A DNA stretch of 64,000 nucleotides from an uncultured virus (IMG/VR IMGVR_UViG_3300042556_001362) (lineage: Duplodnaviria; Heunggongvirae; Uroviricota; Caudoviricetes): the IMG/VR virus record IMGVR_UViG_3300042556_001362; one strand, 5' to 3'. The notes beneath the pieces were generated by a model. That model had not been told where the DNA came from and ran no database searches. It saw only the letters and a program-made list of their open reading frames with translations. The number at the start of each line of letters is the position of its first letter. The first letter of the stretch is position 1. This document shows, piece by piece, positions 19,374 through 31,900 of this stretch. The translations under genes and the position numbers were made by a program.

Positions 19374-20527
19374 TAAGAAACACCAACTGTAAATCTAAAT
19401 TCTACATAATTGCTAGTATTAGGAGACTTTATAATTGTTTCTGCATTGTCATTTTTAACAACAGAATACCCAGTTAGTCCATAAAGTGGATTATATGTTT
19501 GGGTGTTTTCTAATCTCATTGCATCTAGGGCAATATAATAATCTTCTGACGGCACCCCAGCATCTATAACGCAAGCATAAATTTTAACAACTGTTACGGC
19601 ATCCCAAGTAAAATTTGCAGTTGTGTATAGTTCTTGTAGTTCTTTAGATACAACAAAATATCTATTTGTTTCAAAATCTTGACTTGATTCTGTGTTACCA
19701 GAATCTGCATGATCTATTTCTGCTTCAAATCTTGCAAATTCTCCAGAACCAGCATCTGTTGATGAAAAGTCTACTAAAACCCTAATGGTGTCTGGAATTG
19801 CAGAAGAACTTCCATTTTTACTTACTAAAGAAAATGCCAATCTTAATTCATCTTTAGGAGAGTTTCTGCTAAAATCAACTTGTGGGCCAGTTAAATGTAT
19901 ATGGTTTGATCCTGATTCAATTACAAAGTGATCTTCTGTTGGACCACTTTCTTCGCTAATTGTTAAATCTGCATCATCACCTTGAATTAAAATAATGTTA
20001 TTTAAAAATCTACATCTTTCATATCTGCTTGCACGAGATGTTTTAAAAAATATTGAGTTATCGGCATTTGTTTGAAAAACTGTATCTGCAATTGCAATAA
20101 TATTATCATCTTCTTCATCGTCTAATGGTGCTGTAAAAGTATTAATTTCAGTAGCAGCAGCAACAGTATGATGTTGCCAATTTTCTCCAGCAGTAAAAGC
20201 AAAGACCGTCTTACTGTCATATGCTCCAGCAGATGGATTGGATCCAGCAGAATACAGACCCACTTCTGATATTTCATATCTTTCCTCTGTTGGCAATTCT
20301 GCCGTTAAAACAATTTTATCAATATTATTTTCTTTTACAAAACCTCTTGAAGAAATAGGAACACGGAACATTTCAAAATCAAGATTTTCTTTAAGAGAAA
20401 AGTCACCTTGTGTATCTGCGGTATCTAGTGGCGTTGGACCACACCCAATAGCAATATATGAAGCATAGGCTGGAGCCTGACCAAGCAGGTATTTACCAAT
20501 AATGGATTTTCCAGCATCAGTTATCAT
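19373..20527 (-). CDS. Minor tail/baseplate protein
   Basis: MITDAGK...YIAIGCG...ISEVGLY, typical of baseplate/tail-fibre attachment proteins. Confidence 0.6.
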   Translation of the reverse strand: MITDAGKSIIGKYLLGQAPAYASYIAIGCGPTPLDTADTQGDFSLKENLDFEMFRVPISSRGFVKENNIDKIVLTAELPTEERYEISEVGLYSAGSNPSAGAYDSKTVFAFTAGENWQHHTVAAATEINTFTAPLDDEEDDNIIAIADTVFQTNADNSIFFKTSRASRYERCRFLNNIILIQGDDADLTISEESGPTEDHFVIESGSNHIHLTGPQVDFSRNSPKDELRLAFSLVSKNGSSSAIPDTIRVLVDFSSTDAGSGEFARFEAEIDHADSGNTESSQDFETNRYFVVSKELQELYTTANFTWDAVTVVKIYACVIDAGVPSEDYYIALDAMRLENTQTYNPLYGLTGYSVVKNDNAETIIKSPNTSNYVEFRFTVGVS

Positions 20528-21033
20528 GATTCATTCCCGTCAAATTGTATACTATATATTGTACCACTGGTGCTTAATTGAACCTCAAGTTGCTCGTCAT
20601 TGTTTAAACCAATAGCCTCTATTACTAAATTGCCAGAGTTGTCAATATAAACGTTAGTACCATTTAATCCATTACCTTCGTTTGGGGCTTTTTGATCAAA
20701 CCTAATAGAAAATCCAGAAAAATACTTGTCTGAGGTTTTTTGTAATCCTAAAATATTGTTTGGGTTATATGATTGCTGTATTGATCTAATATTTTTTATT
20801 GGTTGATAAGATATGTTTTGACCATTGATAGTGTCGTTTCTTGCTATATTTATTAATTCTTGTCCACCAATATTTTCAAATATTAGATCAGCCATTTGCT
20901 CTGTTGGAACTGAGTCGTCATCAAACAAAACAATATCTGGTGTAGCAGTTTTAATTAAATTTGCATTAGAAGATGTAAGCATTTGGTTTATATTTAATGG
21001 TGTATTTGGTGTGGGCGATAGACTATTTGACAT
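20524..21033 (-). CDS. Putative minor tail protein
   Basis: Position and translational coupling in the tail cluster. Confidence 0.5.
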   Translation of the reverse strand: MSNSLSPTPNTPLNINQMLTSSNANLIKTATPDIVLFDDDSVPTEQMADLIFENIGGQELINIARNDTINGQNISYQPIKNIRSIQQSYNPNNILGLQKTSDKYFSGFSIRFDQKAPNEGNGLNGTNVYIDNSGNLVIEAIGLNNDEQLEVQLSTSGTIYSIQFDGNES

Positions 21034-21034
21034 T

Positions 21035-24000
21035 TTATACCTCGCTTAAATAAACGGTCATATCTGGACCATTAGAATTTCTTAAATAATCAATATTATA
21101 TACTACAAACCTATTACCTGAAGAAGATATTAAATCTATATTATCAGAGTTTTTATAATCAATAGTTACAATATCTCCTAACTGAAGTGTTGGCATAGCA
21201 AATAGTTTTAACCCTACAGATTTTTTAGGAGTCATGACCTTGTTAATAATCCAACCCATTAATGCCTCAGCATCATCTTGTGTTTGTATATATGGAGTAT
21301 CTATTGAAAATTCATTTTTTCCATAAATTAATCTACTTAGTTTAATCTGATCGTATTTATCTTTTTCAATCAATGGAGAATAAGTTAGTGAGTTACCTTG
21401 AAATGGCGGGTCTGAAAGATTGCCACGTTTTTTAAAGTATTCATCAACAGATAATTCATGAGTGGTGTCTTGTGTAAATGCAATGCCTTGAATTCTTAAG
21501 TAGTTTCCAGTTGTTTCATCTAAGTTAATTGCAGAGTCTGTTGAATTAAAAATTAAAAACTCTGCTCCATAAGAATCTGCATAGAAACCAGAAACTGTAT
21601 AACTTTTAATTCTATTAAATGTTGGTGATAATTGAGCATAAAGTGCTGGATATGCACGATCATACTTAATATTAAAATATGCACACTCACGCATAATTGA
21701 CCCAAATTCTTCAAAATACATATTATATTTTGGTGGTTGTTGAGCGCTAATACCAGACAGGTATGTTGATTGAACAATTCCGCTCATTGCATATTTTCTA
21801 AATGATTCGTTAATGCTAATTTCTTTATCTCCAAATGCAGATGATAAAGTTTCTCCGACTAAAGCACTTGAGTTTTGAGAATAATTTTCTGATAAAGCAT
21901 AAATATTTTCAAACATGCACCTTGAGGACCCACGAGTAAATAAAGCCATATTGTTGTAAATTGGAAGTGGATCCGTATCGTCTACAACTTGAACTATTTG
22001 ATTATTAATATACAAGAAAAATCTTCGAGTACTTCCTATGTCTTGATATTCTACTGATAAATCATATACCGTTGAGTTTTCTTCTCCAGAAACCCTGTAC
22101 TGACCTGCAAACTTTCCATCATCTACTAAAATTTTGCTAAGACCACCCCATAGTTTTACTGGAATTGCATTATTAGAAGAACTTTCTTTTTTAATTTTAT
22201 AAAATATAATATTATTAATTGATATATTAGATTGATTATTTTTATTTAAATTTAAATATGACTCTACATTGTTTTCTGTTAAGGCAACAACTTCAAAATA
22301 ATATCCATTATTTGTTTCTGGGTTTATCATAACCGCTAGTCCGCCAGATCCGCCGCCAATGCTAATGCTTTGATTTGGCTGGACTCCACTAATTTGATAG
22401 TATGGCATGCTTCCAATTGGGGTTTGACTTCTAGTTTCGCTATTTTCAACCTTTCCCACTACCCGCATTCTTGTTCCAAAATGTTTATACGCACTATTTA
22501 AATTCTTATAAACATAAGAAACAAAGTCAATTGGAGTTTCTGTGCTTTTAAAAGATGGTCCATTCATGATTAAAGCAGAAGATTGAATTGTTCCAGATTG
22601 CGTTGACTTTAAACTGTTTACTTCTGTTTCTGTAAAATAACTTGTAGCCATATAATTTTTAATAATACTATTTCTAGATGTTTGTCTTGCTAAATCATTA
22701 TTAACTCCTGCTGCGCCAGTTGTGGTTGACGGTAGCGTAGGATTAATTTGTGTTGTAAATAAATATTGTGACTCCATGTCACATCCACGGACATTCTCAT
22801 TGTTAGACCAATACGAATTGATACCAGCAAAATGTGGTGCAACCTGTGTGCCAAATTGACTACGACCATGTTCATAAACTGCTCCTGGCTGTAATCTTGT
22901 AATACCACCAACTGATTCATAATATGGTGTTGAAAAAATACGAATTAATCCAGTTGGATATATTTTTCCATTAAATGGAAGCGATGCAAAATACTTTTGG
23001 TATTCTTGGTTATTTGAAATCCAAACGTTTCCAGTTCCAGTAATATTAAATTGTGCTGCATCATATCTAATTATTTCACCATTAGAATATAGGTACCCCT
23101 GATATCTTGTTAACCAGTATACGTTTTCTCCAATGTCAATAATATTATTTGTTACTACTCCACCAACTACCGTTGGCAATTCAATAGACAAGTCAGAGTT
23201 TAATGGCATTGCTCCTAAAACATAGTTACTTTGTTTTGATGCTAATTCGTTTACTGTTTTTGTTGAGTTAGTTCCAGAAGCCTCCCACAACAACACTGGC
23301 TTATATATCCAAGTTTTTTCTTTATCAATCATTGATGATTGTCTAATTGACCCGTAAGATCTTTGAATATATCTAGTTGTATAACTTATTTTGCCATCAT
23401 TAAATACTTTTTTATCTTCACTGCTTGCAGAAATAATGTTTGGTATGTTTGATGTAGTTTGATTTTCAGTAATGCCAGAAACAGATTGATTATTATTTCC
23501 TAATAATTGTATGTCAGTGCTACGCATATCTTCTGTTGGCATTAAATAGTCTTTACTCATTACTATAAAGTTGTTGTATTCATCAAAAAACATTGCCGTC
23601 TGTGTTGATATTGCAAGTTGATTTAACACTTCTGCAACGTTTTGGTCAGGGGCTATAAAAAAATATGGAATGATTGGATCATTTTCATCATCAACTCTTT
23701 TAAAAGAATAATTAGTAAAACCAATATAATCAAGCAATAGCGATATAGCATAACTTAATGAAACTTCTGTAACAAGCATTCTTGGAGCAGGCATTGATTC
23801 TAAAAAGAAATAAAAATCTCTTAATTCTAAAGACAACGTTCCGCCAGTTACGTCAGATTGTGGCATTCCTTCTGAGTATAAAGTTTTTATTGGAACAGAA
23901 TAATCTGATCCATCTACATTTAAAATTTGTTCATAAAAATTAAATTTAATATTTTTTCTTAAATAATCTTTAATAATACTGTTTGTGTTGTTAGGGTTAA

Positions 24001-25351
24001 AGGCTTGCTCTGCATCAAATATAGAAATAGAACCAGTAGATGCTAATAATTGACCAACTGGTAAAGATGTGTTTCCGATATCAGAAAGAGATTTTTTTAC
24101 TTCATACTCAATAACATCATCAGATATATCTACAACAAGTCTGGGAGACATTTCAATTAAATCAAAAGTAGATTCATTTTTATTCATTAACTCTACAACA
24201 ATTCTAATTCCACGGATATATTCAAACTCTCTATATTTAATTTCTCTAGTTGCTAAATCAGCAAATGCTACGGGAGATACAAGATCTTTAACAAAATTAG
24301 TTTGTGAATTAATTGATTCAGATCCAAGTGTCCAGCCATATGTTGGAATAAAGGTTTCATAGTTAGATATTGCATCACTCCAAACAAAAAATCTACCAAT
24401 GTTAAATTCATTTTCTCTAACTAAATAAGCATATCCATCTATTGATGTTTCTGGTAAAAGTGTTCCTGATGAATAAGTTTCTGCAAAAACAAAATTTTCT
24501 TTATAGGCATCTGGAATGATTAGTCCATACTCTAATTCTACATATCCATCTGGTTGTATTATTTGACTACCGTCTGCTCTTGTTGAATTCTCATCAAATG
24601 AATAGGCATCTACCCAATTATTATTTTTTAAATATTGTATTTTCCATCTTTTAGGTGTTGTCTTGTTGGCATCTCCATAAAGTGGGTCTGGGGTTGTTGA
24701 TGAAAAATTAATAAAGTTTGTTAGGTCTACGTTTCCAACATTAGTTTGCATTTTAACAATAATTCTATTTGTTGGAACATCTTCTTTATATACTACAAAC
24801 GGAACAGCATCATCAATATAAAATAAACCATTTGATATATTTCTTGCAATTCCACGCTCTACATCATTTTCTTTTCTATATGAATTCCAATACTTAAATT
24901 GGTCATATCTTGAAGACATATAATATCTTGGTCTTTGTGCTAAAAATGCTCCAGAATTTGCAAGGTATTGCTTGTTATTATAAAAAAATAAAGGTTTATT
25001 AATTCCTGACCTAGGTCTAAATGGCTTTAAGCAATCCTCTAGTGAATATAATAGTTTTCTTTTTTGTTCTATAGATGTAAATTGTTGTGGCAGGTCTTGA
25101 TTATCTACCCCACCATCTATAGATATTTCAGAATCTGTTGCGTCTGTATAATAGTCGCCTTCATCTAATTGATCAAAAGATGATGGGAGGGTTTGATATT
25201 TTACCTCTGAGCCAGTTGGTCTGTATCTGTAATTTCCAACATAAAAAATGTTATCTGGCATATTCATATTCCATTCAGCCAAGACTAAAGATCTTGTTTG
25301 AATTGTTGCAGATGTTTCAAAATGGGTCTTTAATGCTTCACTAACAAACAC
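21035..25351 (-). CDS. Large tail tip/hub protein
   Basis: 1438 aa, second gene after the tape measure; C-terminal PTLQLGDIVTI hub-like motif. Confidence 0.7.
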   Translation of the reverse strand: MFVSEALKTHFETSATIQTRSLVLAEWNMNMPDNIFYVGNYRYRPTGSEVKYQTLPSSFDQLDEGDYYTDATDSEISIDGGVDNQDLPQQFTSIEQKRKLLYSLEDCLKPFRPRSGINKPLFFYNNKQYLANSGAFLAQRPRYYMSSRYDQFKYWNSYRKENDVERGIARNISNGLFYIDDAVPFVVYKEDVPTNRIIVKMQTNVGNVDLTNFINFSSTTPDPLYGDANKTTPKRWKIQYLKNNNWVDAYSFDENSTRADGSQIIQPDGYVELEYGLIIPDAYKENFVFAETYSSGTLLPETSIDGYAYLVRENEFNIGRFFVWSDAISNYETFIPTYGWTLGSESINSQTNFVKDLVSPVAFADLATREIKYREFEYIRGIRIVVELMNKNESTFDLIEMSPRLVVDISDDVIEYEVKKSLSDIGNTSLPVGQLLASTGSISIFDAEQAFNPNNTNSIIKDYLRKNIKFNFYEQILNVDGSDYSVPIKTLYSEGMPQSDVTGGTLSLELRDFYFFLESMPAPRMLVTEVSLSYAISLLLDYIGFTNYSFKRVDDENDPIIPYFFIAPDQNVAEVLNQLAISTQTAMFFDEYNNFIVMSKDYLMPTEDMRSTDIQLLGNNNQSVSGITENQTTSNIPNIISASSEDKKVFNDGKISYTTRYIQRSYGSIRQSSMIDKEKTWIYKPVLLWEASGTNSTKTVNELASKQSNYVLGAMPLNSDLSIELPTVVGGVVTNNIIDIGENVYWLTRYQGYLYSNGEIIRYDAAQFNITGTGNVWISNNQEYQKYFASLPFNGKIYPTGLIRIFSTPYYESVGGITRLQPGAVYEHGRSQFGTQVAPHFAGINSYWSNNENVRGCDMESQYLFTTQINPTLPSTTTGAAGVNNDLARQTSRNSIIKNYMATSYFTETEVNSLKSTQSGTIQSSALIMNGPSFKSTETPIDFVSYVYKNLNSAYKHFGTRMRVVGKVENSETRSQTPIGSMPYYQISGVQPNQSISIGGGSGGLAVMINPETNNGYYFEVVALTENNVESYLNLNKNNQSNISINNIIFYKIKKESSSNNAIPVKLWGGLSKILVDDGKFAGQYRVSGEENSTVYDLSVEYQDIGSTRRFFLYINNQIVQVVDDTDPLPIYNNMALFTRGSSRCMFENIYALSENYSQNSSALVGETLSSAFGDKEISINESFRKYAMSGIVQSTYLSGISAQQPPKYNMYFEEFGSIMRECAYFNIKYDRAYPALYAQLSPTFNRIKSYTVSGFYADSYGAEFLIFNSTDSAINLDETTGNYLRIQGIAFTQDTTHELSVDEYFKKRGNLSDPPFQGNSLTYSPLIEKDKYDQIKLSRLIYGKNEFSIDTPYIQTQDDAEALMGWIINKVMTPKKSVGLKLFAMPTLQLGDIVTIDYKNSDNIDLISSSGNRFVVYNIDYLRNSNGPDMTVYLSEV

Positions 25352-25352
25352 T

Positions 25353-25982
25353 TTAGACCTCTTCCAGCATTACCGATATATTCCAAAGATCATGATTGCT
25401 GCCGCCACGTTTTACAACTGAATAATTAAAGTCTGAAAAATAAACTTGAATTATTTGATTATACTTTCCTAAATTTCCAAACGCACCATCATTATCTCCA
25501 AAATTTTTATATTTATCATATGCCAAAAACATCCAAAATGGACCCTTATGATTTTCATACCAATCTAATATTTCCATTCCGCCTGCACCACCATCAGAAG
25601 TGTATTCTCCTGTTGTATTTTTTCTTGGTGATACTCCACTTGCATTAAAGTCTGCAACGTCTAAATAGGCACGGGATGGCAAATTATTCCAAGATACACT
25701 CATTGTAAGTTTATCTGCAATGTGATAAGACCTCATGCGACCATTAATTGTTCTTTCACGTTTTTCTATTCTTTCTGAATTAAATGACATTTCTGATCTA
25801 TTGTGATCTGACAATATTAAAAATTGATCAATACCGCCTGCGGTAAGGGCTGGATCTGCCCCTATTTCTTGTCCAGTTGGCACGTAAAGCCCATCAGTTA
25901 GTGTTCCAGCATTCTCTGACCAAAGTATTGCCTGTGGTCTCTGATAGCGCTTTCTGCCTGAAACGTATGCTGCTGTTGCCAT
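25353..25982 (-). CDS. Distal tail protein-like
   Basis: Directly after the tape measure; RTINGRMR...WNISVMLEEV. Confidence 0.6.
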   Translation of the reverse strand: MATAAYVSGRKRYQRPQAILWSENAGTLTDGLYVPTGQEIGADPALTAGGIDQFLILSDHNRSEMSFNSERIEKRERTINGRMRSYHIADKLTMSVSWNNLPSRAYLDVADFNASGVSPRKNTTGEYTSDGGAGGMEILDWYENHKGPFWMFLAYDKYKNFGDNDGAFGNLGKYNQIIQVYFSDFNYSVVKRGGSNHDLWNISVMLEEV

Positions 25983-28900
25983 TATGCCCCTCTTTGAGTC
26001 TTAATTCTTTGACTGTCAATTCGTTTAATCTGAGTCATAACGGTTTTTGCAATATCGTCGGGACTTGAATCAGATTTAACATTAACGTTTAGACTATAAT
26101 TATACACTGAAGACCCTCCGTATGAGCCATCATTTATTTTATTAAGACTATTTACCCCAAAAGAATCAACGGCATTTTTACGAACAACAAATTCTCCAGG
26201 GGTAAGCATTGCTGGAATTGTATCGGTACCTTTAGAGTATCCACCTGAAGCATAGTATTTAGGAACCATGCCACCCCTTGCTAACGGTATTATGTTTGTC
26301 TTAAAAGCCTGACTATATGCTTTTGCATAATCCCTAAGTTCATTGCCACCTATAGTGCCAGACTCAACTGCGGGAAATACTTGTTTTTCAAAATACTCTT
26401 TATTTGCACTAGCCAAAGATGATTTTTGTAAAATTTCTTGAGCACTCCCCACTATCTCAGTTTTTACTTTTATTGCAGCGCCCTCAGCAGCATTAGCGGT
26501 TAAAGAATCCCACAATGCTTTAATTCTTTTAAGTATATTTTCACCAAGTTGTAAAATATTATTATATCCACTTGCTTCATATTTTGCTTTTTCAATAGCA
26601 AGCATTTGGCTTTCCCAGGCTGTTCTTGCAGCATCAATATTATCAGTTCTTGCCTTTAATTCATCTTTAAGGGGCTGTAATTGTTTTACTTGAATGTTAT
26701 AGTTTGCATCATTAAGTCTTTGAATTTCTGCAGCAACTGGTAGTTTTTGTTGTTCTAATGCAAAAATTTGTTGACTTATTACATATATTTTTTCTTCAAT
26801 TTGCGCCCTTGTTAATCCACTAGAACTTCTTAATTCTGCAAGTTCTTTTTCTCTTGCTACCTGTAATAAATTAGAACTTCTTTCTTGTGCTCTTTGTGCT
26901 GCTGCTTGTCGTTCTTCTTGAATAGCCTTTGCTGCTGCAGATATATCGCCTCGTGTTAAAGCATCTGCAATTGTAATTCTTCCTTTTTCTTTATCTGCAA
27001 TTTCATCTTGAATATCAGATATTTGTTGCAATGCCTTTTCTTGTTCTTCATACTTTTTATTAATTGATTCAGCGGCCCTATCAATTAAACTTAAATCTTG
27101 ATTTAATAAAGTTGTTTGTTCGTTTAATAACGAAATAGGACGATCATATTTTTCTTCAATAACTCTTTGTTGTACATCAATTAATCTTTCATTAGTATCT
27201 ATTAAATTATTTAATGATTCAATTTGTGGTTCGTATTGCGCCCTTGCTTCTTTTTCAAGAAAATTATAATATTTCATGTTTTCATCCATCAAATCTTTAA
27301 AACTTTTTTCTGGATTTATTATATCTTGTGTCGTTTTAATTGTTGATTTTAATAAATTATATTGCTCAATAAGGTCTTTAATTTCTTCTGTTCCTGCTCT
27401 TTGAGAAATAGAAAGCATAAAATTTGAATCTGACATCATTTCTAGTGCGTCTGCAGCGGAAACTCCAGCGGCAGTTAATTTTACAAAAGCATCTCTTTGC
27501 TTAATAGTTTCTGTAATTCCTAAAACAGCGGTAACGCTAAATGCACCTATTTGAGCCTCTTGATAGGCCTTCATTGCAAGGGTTCCATCGTCAGTTAGTT
27601 CTATAATTCCGTCTTTAAGTTTTGCAGCATTTACATAAGCCTTTTCTAAAGCATTGTCCATTCCGCCAACAAAATTAATAAAATCACTTTCTGCGCCCAT
27701 TCTTGCAAGGGCTTGGTTAAGTCCATTAAATACTTTAAGATCTCCACCAGACTCTCTCATTACTCTTCTGAGTTCTTGCAATCCTCCTTGAGCATTTATG
27801 CTTGCATCTCTTGTTAGTTTTAATTTCTTTAAAAGTTCGTCAAGTGTTGTGTCTCTTGTACCGCTGCCATCAAAGTTGTCATCTGCAGGAGGAGGTTTAT
27901 TTGGACCTTGTTGACTTGGACTGTATTGAGGTGTTGTTGCTTGCATAGCAAGTTGATCTACTATCATTGCTCTTCCTTGTGGAGAGTTTAAATAATTTGC
28001 AACTGTTCCTGAAACACCTGCTCCAGCGGCAGTAACTCTTTTTGCAATTTCTGCTTGAATTTGTTCTTCTGTAACCATATCAAGTGCTACAACATAAGTT
28101 TGAATTGCTGTTTTACGAACAGTATTAGGCAAAGACATAAAATATTCCCAGTTTGATGTAATTGCAGCAACTTCTTCAACGGTTAAACCAATATTTTCAA
28201 TTTGAGTTACTTTATTTATTGGACTTACAACTTTATCAAGTTTGTTTAATTGGCTTGTAAGGTTTATAAGTTTTTCAAGTCCATTAGTTTTTAAATATGC
28301 ACTAACATTAAAGTCTTTTCCAGCCATTTCTGATATTTTTGTAAGTGCTGATTGAATATCTTCAAATTGTTGATTATCTGTAATATTGATAATGTCAATA
28401 AATAATTGTTTTTTAGTGTCAGCATCCTCTATCATTCCTAGATTACCTAAAAGAGAAACTGTAGTATCTATTCCTCTTGTAGAAACAGCAAGGTCAATTT
28501 GTTTATTTAACTGCTCCTCATCATTTTTATACATATTTATAAGAGATGCCAAAAGAGTTGGATTTGTTCCGCTTGCCGCAATAGCGTTAATTTTAACTTC
28601 TAAATCTGTGCTTTTAAGATTTTTTGTATTTTCTAATAATGCTTTAGCGGCTCCCTCTTGTTGTGTTCCTGCAAATTTAGTGACAACTTGTTGTTTACTT
28701 GCTTCAAGGAACGCATTTCGTACAAAGTTTATTTGACCAGGCAATAGACCTTGTTGAGATCTTGATGTTTTTTCATAAGCAATCTGTTGATTTTTTAATA
28801 TTGTTGACATTTCAGCACTAAGGTCTGAATTATCTTTTTTATTTTTGTTAATTAAAGTATTTATATTTTTTTGTATTTTTTCACGTTCTTTTTCGGTCGT

Positions 28901-31900
28901 TGCAATTTTTTGTTTATTTTTTAAAATTTCTAAATCTTTTTGATATTGCAAATTAGTTGCATCAACTTGTGCTTTTGCCAATTCAAATGATTGAGAATAA
29001 GACGCTGCTGATGCTGCTGCTGCTGCTTCTCTTGCCTTTCCTGTTTCTTGTTTACCTATAATTCCTTTATCTCCAGCAACAATTCCTTCTGCCTGAATAT
29101 TAGATAGCCCAGCCTGTTCTTGAATAATTAACATTCTTACTTTAATTGGATCAGTTAATATATTAACCCCATCTGGACCAATAATGCTTGTAAGTTGTCC
29201 AAGAATGCTTGGATATAAACTCATATCATTAAAATCAACGGCTATCTGTCTAGCAATATCTCCTGCTTGCACTCCATCAATAACGCCATCAGATACGTAA
29301 CTAGATAGTTGTAAAGCAAATTGTTTAGTTGCTATAGAACGATCTTTTAATAAACTTTCTGCAAAACCTTTAGATATTTCTTTACCAACGTCAGAACCCA
29401 TAAAGTTAGTTCCAAATTGTTGACCTGCCCTATTGTATTGTTGACTAAATTTATCTGGTAAACTATCTTGTCTGCGTCTTGTCATTAATTCTGAAGCACC
29501 AACTTTACCAGTTACCTCACCAACTTTTTTCATTTTAGTTGTTGTACCAGATATAGAATCAATATATTCTGATTGTTTTTTAGCCATTTCTTTATGTTTT
29601 TTATCAATTAGTTTAAATCCAGCAACAAGACCAACCATTGCTGCAACAAACAGACCTATTGGATTTGTTAACATAGGAGCAATAGTTGCAAGAGCAGAAA
29701 TACCCATCATTGCCATGCCAACGTTATTATTACCAGTCATGAAGCCTGCCATTGCTCCAATACCCGCAATTCCAGCCACAGGTCCTGCAACTCTTCCAAC
29801 TCTTTGTGCACGTTGTGCTCTTACTTCACGTTTTTGTTCTTTTAATTGTTGTTTAGTTAATGGTGCTGCCTGTGTAGCAAGTTTGTTTTTGTCTTCAACT
29901 ATTTTTAACTCTTGCTTTAATGCAACAAGTCTTCTTTGTTCTACTTTTTCAATTTGACGCCTTAATGATTTTTGTTCAGAACGGAATTGTTTTTCTACTT
30001 CCGAAACAGCCATACCTGGTGATGTTACAGATTGTCCTTTTGGAATACCTTGGTCTGCACCAAGAAGTCCAAACCTTCCTATTCCAGGAACAGAAACTCT
30101 TTTACCAGAACGAAGTGCTGAAGTTGTTTTGCTATTAAGAATTGTTTCATTTTTCCCTACTGCAACTTGTCTATTATCGCTAGCCCCTCCACCAACAACA
30201 CTTAATGCAGGAGATTTTGCCTTACTTGTTTGACCATTAATAATTCCGCTTTTACGTCTTGTATCTTGGGTATCTGGTAAATATTGTCTATTTGTTTTTG
30301 ATCCACGACCAAGATTTACTTGTGTTCCATCATTATTTGTAACAATAAGGCTTTTTGTTTTAATTACGCCCGAATCGCTAGTTCTTGTTTCAATTTTATA
30401 ATCTTTAATATATCCTTTTTTCTTAGCATCTGCCAATATAGCCTCAGATGTTTTGGGATTAGATCCTAAGCCCCTTCCAATTCCATATGATCCTAATTCT
30501 GAATGAAGCGAGTTCATTTTAGAATATGCAGATGTAGATTTAATTTCAGCAGGCAAGTTTTTAAATGTTTGTTCAATCATTGCATCTGTTACTTTAGTTG
30601 CGCCAGAAGCCTTTATTTGCTTTAATATTGCATCGTCAACTATTTTTGCTTGACTTGGAGGTATATTAGATGACATCCATTTCTCTGGACCACGATTTAT
30701 CCAAGCCTTTTCAAAAGAATCAATTGATACCCCACCTTTTGCTAAAGCCTTATTCATTTGTGAATCAAAAGAATATGCTAAAGATCCATAAGAGCCAACT
30801 GTTGTAGGTTTACCTTGTGAAATTAATATTTGTTTATAAACTTGAAGTTTTTGTTTTTCTAATGCAGTAATTTTTGGGTTTTTTAATAATTCGTCAATAT
30901 TTAAATTTTTTAAACCACCAACATGTGAAAAATCATCTCCAAGACCAACAGAGCCTTTTTTATATCCTTTAATATCTCCTGAAACTAATGCTGCAATTAA
31001 AGGTTTAAATCTGTCATCTTGTGAAATTTCTGCTGGGATAATTGCTTCTCCAGGAGCACCAAGAATTGGAATAATATCTCCTGCGCCTCTTGGTCCAGGC
31101 AGTCCAGTTGTTCCAGATGCAAATCCTTTTGGTTTTCCACCTTTCATACCAGGTTTAAATCCTGGCATCATCATGCCTGGATTTGCTCTAGCAAAATTTG
31201 TTGCTGCTATAGTTGCATCAATGTAAGCCTGACGTAATAATTTAACTGCCGTTGTTTCTACTGCAAATGATTGAGTTAGGCGTGTGTGAGCCTGATTTAA
31301 TGATGCTGCAACTGTTGCTGCTTCTAATTGTTCACTACTTAAATATTGAGTTTGTTGTGCAAGAAGACCACTATTTGTCCCAGCCTTTAAAAACCCAGAA
31401 CGCATAGTTGCAAATAGTTTTATAATGTTTGCTCCAGCGTTTAATAATAAGCCAAAGGTCATTAACAATACTGGTCCAATTACACCAACAAGTGTTGTTG
31501 CTATAACAATAAATTTCTTAGTTCCGTCTCCAAGATTATTAAATTTTTCTAAAAATCCTCCAAGGGCTTTTGCAATTGGTGTAACTGCCTTTAAAAACTC
31601 TTTACCTATTGGGGCTATTGCAAGTTTAAGATTTTCTATAGATTCTTTAAAGTCTGTACTAATTGAATCTTCTAATACTCCAAGTTCTCGCTCAGATAAT
31701 ATTGCAAGTTCTTCAATTGATGCCCCAGCAAGATCAAATACTCTGGCAGCCTGTGTTCCTTCTTTTGTTACGTTTTGAAATAAAGTTGATAGACGTGAAA
31801 ATTGAAACTTACCAAATAATTGCTCAATAGCACGAGCACGGTTTAATGGATCAAGTGTGTCTAAAGCCTGAGCAAAACCAATTACTGTATTTCTAATATT

